A DNA stretch of 64,000 nucleotides from a virus. Both the position numbers and the translations under genes were made by a program. This document shows positions 55,945 through 64,000 of the stretch, in pieces. The notes under the pieces are model-generated. The model was not told where the DNA came from, did no database searches, and saw only the letters and a list, made by a program, of their open reading frames with translations. The stretch spans positions 1-64,000 of the IMG/VR virus record IMGVR_UViG_3300027804_003215. One strand, given 5' to 3'. Positions within the stretch are counted from its first letter, which is position 1; each line of letters starts with the position of its first letter.

Positions 55945-57855
55945 ATGTTTTTTCAGTCAACAGACGAACAGAATGAAGCTGCAAAACAGGCGGTTAAAGC
56001 CACGGATTTTAGTGCACTTTCAACAGAGTTAGATAAGACGTTGAAAAGAATGACGGACTTGAAAGAAGGGGCGTCAGCAGTTTTCAGTATGTTCCAAGAT
56101 TTAATTATTCAATCTGAGGAATTGAATAAGACCTTTGTTGGTGGTAGATTGAGAATACAGGAGATGCAAAAAGCTATAAACGACGCAGCTCCTGATGTAG
56201 TACGTTTAGGCGGAACATATGAAGATGTTAGTAAGACTATCAGCGAAATTGCTGCTGGTACAAGAACTCAAATTGTTGCATCAACAAAAGATGTAAGAGA
56301 GTTATTTGCTGCGGGAGAAATCATAGGAACATCGGTACTGAAAATAGTAGACGCTTTTGATAAAGTAGGTATAAGTTACGACAACATTGCAGAGAACTTA
56401 GCTGATTCTATTAGTTACGTTCAAGGAATAGGACAAAATGCGAAAGTCGTTATGCAATCCGTTGTTGCAAACACAGAACAACTTTCAAGATTTAATTTTG
56501 CAAACGGAGTTCAAGGTTTAACAAAAATGGCAGCACAAGCTTCGATGATGAGGTTTGATATGGGAAAAACATTTGATTTTGCTGAAAAAATGTTGGACCC
56601 TGAAGCCGCAATTGAAATGTCATCAGCCTTCCAAAGACTTGGAGTATCTGTAGGCAATTTGACCGACCCTCTTTCTCTTGTTAATCAATCCCTAACAGAC
56701 CCGTCAGGTTTACAGAATTCTCTGATAAACATGACCAAACAGTTCACATATTTTGACGAACAAACAAGAAGTTTTAAGATTAATCCTCAAGGAATTTTAA
56801 CTATGAGAGAGCTGGCGAACGCCACAGGGATAAGTGCTGCTGAGTTGAGAAAAACCGCACTAGCCGCGGCAGAGATGGACGCTAAGCTAGCAAAAATTAA
56901 TACAACGGGATTGAATTTTGACGTCAGTGATGAAAACAAAATGTTGATTGCCAACGTTGCAAGGATGGGAGAAGGGGGAGAATATGAGGTGAGTATTAAA
57001 GATGATAGAGGAAACGAATATCAACAGAAATTAACTGAATTGACTGAAACAGAATTCAAAAGACTTATAGAACAACAATCAAAAGCACCCAAAACAATTG
57101 AAGAAATCCAACAATCACAATTGAATACGGCTGAGTTGATGTTGGGTGAAATTAAAGGATTGAGAGAGACTATGTCAACCGCGTTCTTCAATCTACCCAA
57201 TGTTCAAAGTTCGATTGAAAGTACAACCAAACTTACAAGAGAGTCCATGGGAGCGTTTCAAAAAGTCATGGAAACATCAGGATTCAGAGAAAGATTGAGT
57301 AATATTAGGAAAGAGGAAACAGCTATTCGACAACAGGGATTAAGTCCAGAAAAGGAAAAAGAAGCTCTCAACAAATTATTCACAGAAGCTACCGAAGCAA
57401 TTAAAAAACAAGCCCCTGAAATTTTGAGAGGAGCAGGTGTTGCTATTTCTACAATCAAAGAAGAATCAAACGAACAAGTAAAAGCGTTCACAGATAGTGT
57501 CGACAAATATTTTAATATTCTTTTCAAAAGCGAAGATAAAAGACCCAAACCAGGAAGTAGTCAATATGCCACACCAACACAATACGGACTTCTGTCAACA
57601 AGTTATGCGAACCCTGTTGCTGCGAGCACCGCAGCTGCAACCGCTCTTGGATTAGCCAAACCTGGTCCTTTGGAGGTAGAATTCTTAAACCCTACTTTGA
57701 CTGTTAATGTAAATGTTTCAACACCAGCTGGTGTGGATTCTACCGCTCTTACACAGATAATCAAAGATGCACAAGTTCCATTACAACAAGAACTTTATAA
57801 TGCTGTAAGAAAAGTTGCAATCAATAAAGGGGAGATAAAATCCGTAACGGCTTGA
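55945..57855 (+). CDS. Tape-measure-like protein (636 aa)
   Basis: Helical, A/Q/E/K-rich; directly after the chaperone pair. Confidence 0.65.
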   Translation: MFFQSTDEQNEAAKQAVKATDFSALSTELDKTLKRMTDLKEGASAVFSMFQDLIIQSEELNKTFVGGRLRIQEMQKAINDAAPDVVRLGGTYEDVSKTISEIAAGTRTQIVASTKDVRELFAAGEIIGTSVLKIVDAFDKVGISYDNIAENLADSISYVQGIGQNAKVVMQSVVANTEQLSRFNFANGVQGLTKMAAQASMMRFDMGKTFDFAEKMLDPEAAIEMSSAFQRLGVSVGNLTDPLSLVNQSLTDPSGLQNSLINMTKQFTYFDEQTRSFKINPQGILTMRELANATGISAAELRKTALAAAEMDAKLAKINTTGLNFDVSDENKMLIANVARMGEGGEYEVSIKDDRGNEYQQKLTELTETEFKRLIEQQSKAPKTIEEIQQSQLNTAELMLGEIKGLRETMSTAFFNLPNVQSSIESTTKLTRESMGAFQKVMETSGFRERLSNIRKEETAIRQQGLSPEKEKEALNKLFTEATEAIKKQAPEILRGAGVAISTIKEESNEQVKAFTDSVDKYFNILFKSEDKRPKPGSSQYATPTQYGLLSTSYANPVAASTAAATALGLAKPGPLEVEFLNPTLTVNVNVSTPAGVDSTALTQIIKDAQVPLQQELYNAVRKVAINKGEIKSVTA

Positions 57856-57902
57856 TGACTGAAAAAAACGTTTTTTCTCTATTTATTTATAAATAAGTTG
57901 GA

Positions 57903-60900
57903 ATGGCAGGTAGCCCATTAGATTTAGTAAACTCAGATGCTTTCAGAAAAAAGTTAATCACAAGGAACCTAACACCTTATGCTAAGGCTCCTAACAGACC
58001 TTCATTACCCACCAATCTTCCATATATACAAACAGATAGCTCTGTACAAGATAGTCCTGACCAACTAATTGATGAACCTTCATTTGCTAACCAATTATAC
58101 CCTCTAAATCAATGGGGGGCAGAAGGAGGATTTCAACAAGTACCTGACCCTGGTGCACTTCTCAACACCAAATCAAACGAGGGCGAATACGGACCAGGTC
58201 AACAAGATGCTCACATATTAGACCAAGCCTCAATTGAACAATACAATTGGAAACCCAAAAATGCGTATTCCAATGGTACTCAAGAAGTTTTAGATAGTGG
58301 TGAGTATATTACTGAGCCTGATTGGATAAGAAGCGGTACACCAAATCTATATAATAACCAACCATATCCAACGACATTTGTACCCTCAGCATACGCACCA
58401 GTATCAATTCTTCTTTCACCAGACCCAGTTGGTAGTAACGGTCTGATGAGTCAAGACTCTTTTTTGGCTCAATTGGGTTCCAAAACACTTAAAAAAGAAT
58501 TTCAAGAGAGAATTGCAACAAACATATATCAAAATACAGTAGGAAGAGCAAACCTATTTAATGTGAATAGTGGTACGGATATTCTCAATTTGGTTACCAC
58601 CAGAGTTCCTTTGATAGAGCCGAATTGGGTGATTACAGTCCCCGAAAATCCAATACTTGCAGCATCAGATTTTGCTTTGAGATTAGCGGGAAGTATAATC
58701 CCTGTTTCACCTATACCTGGCTCTTATTTTGACACAAGTATAGTATTAGGTCAACCAACAACAATTCAACAGATTCGTAATGCTTTCAGACAATCAAATA
58801 GTGGTATAGGAAAGTTTTTCAATAGACTTCTTGGAGCAGACAGGACAGGGTCTCAAATTTTCTTAAATAATACTGGTGGTGGGCAAAAATCTAGATTGTT
58901 TGGTAATTTAAAATTCAACAGATTTAAACCAGGTTACGATAGAAACATTTTCGATAGATTGGGAGGAGTTCTTGTTGGGGCAAGAGAAAACAACTCTAAT
59001 TTTTATATTGGTTCTGTCACTTCAGAACCATCACAAATATTTTCACCAGCAGGAGATTTACCTGTTAGTGAGTTCGGTGCTGAGGTACAAGCCCCTGTTT
59101 ATGGTCCGAGTGAACTAGCTCAACTATATGAGGGACCGAATAGAGAAATCAGATTGGGTGCGAATGCACCGGCTTATGCAGATGGTGGAGGTTTAGAAGG
59201 GGGGTTGACTTGGGTTTCTCCAAAATATAAAGGTAATGCTGGTAAAAAAGTTGGTATAGGTGGTGAAGTAACAAACCCTGATGAAAATTTCAGACCATCC
59301 TCATATGTTACTACTGAGTCCACAAATATCGCATTCAGGAACGGGTCCATAATGGACGACACCCAAAGATTGATTGATAGTCAACCTAATGGTGGTAGAA
59401 GATTACAACACGTTGGAAACGCAATTGACCAAGTAAGTAAAGTATTCCATGATGGGTATAAAGAAATGACAAAAGGCTCAAGGGTACTTACGTACGTCGG
59501 TTCTTTGGGTCAAGAGGTGGGTTCGGAGTATTGTCGAGTTTTTGCTAAAGATTTACCTTATGCAGAATATTCAGACCTACAAAAGAAAGATGGGGTTGTT
59601 AATGAGGGTAGGAGATTTTCTTATTCTGTTTTTGACAAAACTTACAATCTGAATATCGCACCAAACAAACAAGAAGGTGGACAAGATTCGTCAAACCTTA
59701 TAGGAACGGGTGACCAAGCTTATGCAAAAAAGTATATGTTCTCCATTGAAAATTTAGCATGGAGAACCTCACATACACCAGGAGTGAATGTGAATGATTT
59801 ACCTATCTGTGAAAGAGGACCTAATGGAGGAAGAGTAATGTGGTTCCCACCTTACGGATTAACCTTCAGTGAGAGTTCAAGGGCTTCATGGAAACCCCAA
59901 GACTTTTTGGGTAGACCGGAAAAAGTTTACACATATACAAACTCAGAAAGAGATGGTACAATTACTTGGAAAATTGTTGTAGACCACCCTTCTGTGTTGA
60001 ATGTGATTGTAAATAAAGTACTTGCAAATAATTCAAGTTCCGAAAGAATTAATGGACTTCTCGATTCATTTTTTGCGGGTTGTAAAAAATATGACTTGTA
60101 TGAGTTGGCAAAAAAATATTATACCATTTCACCAAACGAACTATCAGTCCTACAACAAATAATTTCTTCCAAAGATGCAAGTAGAGAGGTTGTTGGTACA
60201 ATCAGAGACAACCAAGCTTCGGGTGGTCTGGACACAGGAAACCAAAGTCAAATTTCAACTCAACCAAATCAACAAACACCTTCACAGAACTTTCAACAAT
60301 TTGAAAACTTCGCATTATTCTTTCCAAATGCCCAACCCGTTGAAGGTTCATCAGTTTCTAACTATACAGATTATTACAGCATTTACAATGCTCAAATGAA
60401 CGGGACATATGAGGGTTCTTCAGTAACTTTTTTTGATGACGTAATTGCAAAGAATTATGACGAAATTCAAAATAAATTTGTGGACCAATTGGCACAATAT
60501 TTGAAAGAAAATACAAATTCTGTGGTCACTATCTTCTTGGAGGCTTCAGCATCTGCTCCTGGTACAAATGATTATAACTTGAAACTATCTCAAAGGAGAG
60601 GTGAAAGTGTTATCAAGTTTTTTTCAGAGAATAGTAAATTGAAAAACTATGTTTCTAATAGAAGAATTGTTTTTCCTCCTGTAAATGCTCAAGGTGAAAA
60701 TGGTGAAGTAAGACAATACAATGGGACGACATATGTTCCGAACGTCAAGACACAAAGATGTTCTGAGATAGTGAGTAATTCTTCAAATCTTAATGATAGT
60801 AATCCTAATATAACAAATCAGACTGCAATGGCTTGTAGAAGGGTCAGTATCTCCAAAATACAAGTAAGTAGTCCACAACCCGTACAACCGACCGCTCAAC

Positions 60901-62882
60901 CTAACATCCCTACAGGTTCAGGTTTACCCTCAACAAATCAAGAGAGACCAATTCCAAGAACAGACGTGGAACCTAAATTTGTAAAATCAGATTGGGTGAC
61001 TAAAAGAATTGTAAGAAACTTGATATCGGAGTGTGATTATTTCGAAACGATAAAACAAGAGACGCCCATGGTTTATGATAACTTGAAACAAAAACTCAAG
61101 TTTTTTCAACCAAGTTTCCACTCTACAACACCAGAAGGATTGAACTCGAGACTTACTTTCCTCCAACAATGTATGAGACCTGGTGATACAATCCCAACCG
61201 TAAACCCACAACCAAATGGTAATTATCAATTGGATTTCAATAATGCAATAAATTCTGCATTTGGAATACCACCGGTTTTGGTTCTAAGAATTGGAGATTT
61301 TTATCACACCAAGATTATACCTAATAGTTTACAATTGAAGTTTGAAGGTTTGGATATCAACCCTGAGGGAATTGGTATTCAACCTATGATTGCTGAGGTT
61401 ACCCTTAGTTTTAATTTTGTAGGTGGACAGGGACTTGCAACCGCAATTGATAGATTACAAAACGCACTTTCTTTCAATTATTATGCAAACACTGAGATGT
61501 GGGACGAAAGAGCTGATGCGACCGATACTGAAAATTTGAAAGTATTGAGTAATGAGTTTCTTCAGATGGTACAAATGCCTTCTGCTCCAACAACAAATCA
61601 AGTTCAAAACACAGGTGGTCTTAATAACGCCAATACGATTGGAAATAAAGTGAATAGTAATATTTCCTCAACCGGAGAAACGGGTGTGATGAGTTATACA
61701 CAATTTATGGATACACTATCCAATCAAACTCAAACATATTTCCAAAACGTATTCAACCAAAGTAGAAGTACTTTCAGACAATATAACAACGCAATTCTAC
61801 AGCAATGGTCTTTGAATAACATTTATCAAAGTGGAAGTTTGTTATCAAACCCATCTCAACCAAACGAAATTTTACTCTACGGGAAAAACGATTCTTACCA
61901 AAGTAACATTGATAGAATTTTCGAAGACCTAATAAGAGATATTAAAAATGATTCAGACGGTTTCGTCAAATTAATCAATTCTTCGGGTGTTAATTTCTCA
62001 GGTAAGGCTCAGAGATTGATTAAAGACAACTATTTGAATTTTGTTAAAAACAAAAGAAATACTTATTCAAACCCGTTGGCAAAACTAATTCAAGATACTA
62101 CATACAACCAACAAAATTATATTCAATACCTTTCAAGAGTTAATACAGTGTTATTTGTTACAGGTCCTAATAATGGTACAGATGGATTTCAACAAAAAAA
62201 CGGAAATGTTGTTGTGTATGATTTACAACAAAAAACAAATGAATACACCGAAATGGTTGAAGACGGTGCTAAAATAGGACAAGGTATTCTTGACTATTAT
62301 AATGTTTTGAAGAGTCAAACTGATTTCAAAGTTGGTGACAAAAGTTACTCTGGATATTTGACATATTGGGACTCATCTTCCAACCCACAACAACTAACAA
62401 ATGAAGTATTCATACCTTTTAGTAAGAATATTCTCTTTGGTGAGAAAGAGTTTAGAAGACAATATGCGATTTTATCAAATGATATTAAATCTGAAAATTA
62501 CAATAATTTCAAAACCGCAATTATAGGTCAGCTATTGACAGACCCAAGTTTGGCTGGAAGAAACGGAAGAGACAACTTTAATGAAGTGTTTGACCAATAT
62601 TGGTTGAAGACAGCGAAACCTCTTTTTGATGAGGAAGATTCTTTAACAAATACATTTTTGGACACTTTAGAAAAAGATAAACTGAAAAACTTTTTGAATT
62701 TCACACCTTATCCTTCGGGCAAAGTTAGAGAATTTACTTTTAATAGAACCGATTCTCCAAGTGATGCTCAGAAGAAATTAATAAAATCTTTGGGTGCTGT
62801 TAACAATAGTGAAAGAAATAAATCTAGTTGGAATTCATCTGACGGAGCAAATGTTTATATTTCAAAAGTAAAACTTAACTAA
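57903..62882 (+). CDS. Large baseplate / tail-tip protein with inserted OmpA-like peptidoglycan-binding domain
   Basis: WFPPYGLTFSESS...FLGRPEKVYTYTNSER tube-initiator-like motif; ASASAP..NDYNLKLSQRRGESV; PPVLVLRIGDFY. Confidence 0.65.
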   Translation: MAGSPLDLVNSDAFRKKLITRNLTPYAKAPNRPSLPTNLPYIQTDSSVQDSPDQLIDEPSFANQLYPLNQWGAEGGFQQVPDPGALLNTKSNEGEYGPGQQDAHILDQASIEQYNWKPKNAYSNGTQEVLDSGEYITEPDWIRSGTPNLYNNQPYPTTFVPSAYAPVSILLSPDPVGSNGLMSQDSFLAQLGSKTLKKEFQERIATNIYQNTVGRANLFNVNSGTDILNLVTTRVPLIEPNWVITVPENPILAASDFALRLAGSIIPVSPIPGSYFDTSIVLGQPTTIQQIRNAFRQSNSGIGKFFNRLLGADRTGSQIFLNNTGGGQKSRLFGNLKFNRFKPGYDRNIFDRLGGVLVGARENNSNFYIGSVTSEPSQIFSPAGDLPVSEFGAEVQAPVYGPSELAQLYEGPNREIRLGANAPAYADGGGLEGGLTWVSPKYKGNAGKKVGIGGEVTNPDENFRPSSYVTTESTNIAFRNGSIMDDTQRLIDSQPNGGRRLQHVGNAIDQVSKVFHDGYKEMTKGSRVLTYVGSLGQEVGSEYCRVFAKDLPYAEYSDLQKKDGVVNEGRRFSYSVFDKTYNLNIAPNKQEGGQDSSNLIGTGDQAYAKKYMFSIENLAWRTSHTPGVNVNDLPICERGPNGGRVMWFPPYGLTFSESSRASWKPQDFLGRPEKVYTYTNSERDGTITWKIVVDHPSVLNVIVNKVLANNSSSERINGLLDSFFAGCKKYDLYELAKKYYTISPNELSVLQQIISSKDASREVVGTIRDNQASGGLDTGNQSQISTQPNQQTPSQNFQQFENFALFFPNAQPVEGSSVSNYTDYYSIYNAQMNGTYEGSSVTFFDDVIAKNYDEIQNKFVDQLAQYLKENTNSVVTIFLEASASAPGTNDYNLKLSQRRGESVIKFFSENSKLKNYVSNRRIVFPPVNAQGENGEVRQYNGTTYVPNVKTQRCSEIVSNSSNLNDSNPNITNQTAMACRRVSISKIQVSSPQPVQPTAQPNIPTGSGLPSTNQERPIPRTDVEPKFVKSDWVTKRIVRNLISECDYFETIKQETPMVYDNLKQKLKFFQPSFHSTTPEGLNSRLTFLQQCMRPGDTIPTVNPQPNGNYQLDFNNAINSAFGIPPVLVLRIGDFYHTKIIPNSLQLKFEGLDINPEGIGIQPMIAEVTLSFNFVGGQGLATAIDRLQNALSFNYYANTEMWDERADATDTENLKVLSNEFLQMVQMPSAPTTNQVQNTGGLNNANTIGNKVNSNISSTGETGVMSYTQFMDTLSNQTQTYFQNVFNQSRSTFRQYNNAILQQWSLNNIYQSGSLLSNPSQPNEILLYGKNDSYQSNIDRIFEDLIRDIKNDSDGFVKLINSSGVNFSGKAQRLIKDNYLNFVKNKRNTYSNPLAKLIQDTTYNQQNYIQYLSRVNTVLFVTGPNNGTDGFQQKNGNVVVYDLQQKTNEYTEMVEDGAKIGQGILDYYNVLKSQTDFKVGDKSYSGYLTYWDSSSNPQQLTNEVFIPFSKNILFGEKEFRRQYAILSNDIKSENYNNFKTAIIGQLLTDPSLAGRNGRDNFNEVFDQYWLKTAKPLFDEEDSLTNTFLDTLEKDKLKNFLNFTPYPSGKVREFTFNRTDSPSDAQKKLIKSLGAVNNSERNKSSWNSSDGANVYISKVKLN

Positions 62883-63202
62883 TGTATCCATATTACAATA
62901 GATATACGGAATTTTTATTGAACGGACAACAATCCGTGGTACCGTTTGTGACCTTGCCTTCAAAATCTACCGATAAGAGTTACATTTATAAAGTTGGTCA
63001 AAGTAGATTGGATAAGGTCTCACAACAGTTTTATAATTCACCTGTTTACAATTGGTTGATATTACAAGCCAATCCAATATTCGGGGGGTTAGAAAACACA
63101 ATCTATGATGGGGCAATATTAGTCATTCCGTTTCCTTTGGTTCCTTCTTTACAGGATTATAAGTCGGCGGTAGAAAACTATTTTTATTATTATGGCAGGT
63201 AA
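62882..63202 (+). CDS. Baseplate wedge / tail-X-like LysM-type protein
   Basis: SRLDKVSQQFYNSPVYNWLILQANP...LVIP. Confidence 0.75.
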   Translation: MYPYYNRYTEFLLNGQQSVVPFVTLPSKSTDKSYIYKVGQSRLDKVSQQFYNSPVYNWLILQANPIFGGLENTIYDGAILVIPFPLVPSLQDYKSAVENYFYYYGR

Positions 63203-64000
63203 TTTTCAAGGAGACTTGAGCGGTGATATTTTGGTTGAATTTGACTATAATAACATCGTAATAGTAGACCCAAATAAAACAGTTGATAGTAAAGGAGTAA
63301 TAAGTGAAAGATTACTCGACCACGAGAATTTGGTTATGTATGCCAATCTCGAAGCCCAAGTTTTACCAAGAACAAAACTTTCACTTGGCACACAACCTGG
63401 TGAAAACGTAAGTACCACAATGACAATTGCTGGTATTAATTTCTTAAAACCAAATAAGGACAATTACATGACCTCTGGTTATTTGGACGAACTGACTGGA
63501 AAAAATAGTTTAGTTGGTAGGGGTCAAAATCAAATGTCAGAGCAAAGGAAGGTTGACTCAAAAAACAACGCATATTTTGCTCGAGGTGTTGTTGACAGTC
63601 AAAGTATTGTTGACAATGGATTGTTGGGAATTACTTCAATATCCGTGAAGACATCAACATCATTCATACCTTCAGTTTCAATGCAACTTGAAGATGTTCA
63701 AGGGAGAGCCTTGTTTCAATTAGGGGACCAATCCCCATATGCCGCGTTTTTCAACTTACCTTACCCTCAATTTTATCTTACTCTTAAAGGGTATTATGGC
63801 CAAGCAATTCGTTACCAACTTAATTTAGAAAAGTTTGATGCTAGATTTAATTCCACAACAGGAAACTATAGTATTACTTTAGAATTCAAAGGTTTTAAGT
63901 TCAATATTTTGAATGAGGTTTTAGTATCTCATCTGATTGCAACACCTCACATGTATAATAAAAGATTTAGTGTAACGAATAATGTTGCTCAGGCGAACAC
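63192..64000 (+). CDS. Large baseplate hub-type protein, 3' truncated by window edge
   Basis: ATG at 63192 (MAGNFQGDLSGDILVEFDYNNI...) open to the window end; LGITSISV...LEDVQGRALF...FFNLPYPQFYLTLKGYYG. Confidence 0.6.
   Translation, partial: MAGNFQGDLSGDILVEFDYNNIVIVDPNKTVDSKGVISERLLDHENLVMYANLEAQVLPRTKLSLGTQPGENVSTTMTIAGINFLKPNKDNYMTSGYLDELTGKNSLVGRGQNQMSEQRKVDSKNNAYFARGVVDSQSIVDNGLLGITSISVKTSTSFIPSVSMQLEDVQGRALFQLGDQSPYAAFFNLPYPQFYLTLKGYYGQAIRYQLNLEKFDARFNSTTGNYSITLEFKGFKFNILNEVLVSHLIATPHMYNKRFSVTNNVAQAN

Noticed and set aside
897-63463. Remaining short nested or antisense ORFs of 60-170 aa in the track
   Set aside because: Fully overlap better-supported genes, often with non-ATG starts, and show no motifs
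1-64000. Stop-codon reassignment as seen in some large phages
   Set aside because: Conserved genes are full-length in the standard code and coding density is high
1-64000. tRNA, rRNA, integrase or transposase genes
   Set aside because: None recognised; intergenic gaps are short and explained by promoters and terminators

Overview
AT-rich, densely coding 64 kb segment of a large T4-like contractile-tailed (myovirus) dsDNA phage using the standard genetic code. The host is probably Bacteroidota, inferred from the lack of Shine-Dalgarno motifs and from TAnnTTTG-type promoters. Layout: (i) 3' end of the major capsid gene, small head-type proteins, a gp5/gpV-like spike and a gp55-like sigma factor; (ii) a 16 kb minus-strand operon with PhoH, dUTPase, a 3'-5' exonuclease, an apparently complete GDP-colitose/fucose pathway (Gmd, His-type ColD, Fcl/ColC), three fucosyltransferase-family enzymes, two methyltransferases and several GT2/GT4 enzymes; (iii) five probable fibre/decoration proteins with mucin-like Thr/Pro tracts, a proline-free Gly-Thr-Ser collagen and a repeated Cys-bounded domain, followed directly by a second glycosyltransferase cluster led by a GT60-like polypeptide-GlcNAc transferase; (iv) family B DNA polymerase, neck proteins, an SOD fused to a nuclease-like domain, and an SNF2 helicase paired with a SET-domain protein; (v) tail terminator, sheath, tube, a tail chaperone with a candidate +1 frameshift, tape measure and baseplate genes. 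The best candidate for an undescribed system is phage-encoded mucin-type O-glycosylation of the virion, with a possible [S/T]-G-x-T sequon enriched in structural proteins. All protein calls come from motif recognition by eye; no database searches were run, and motif counts are manual.
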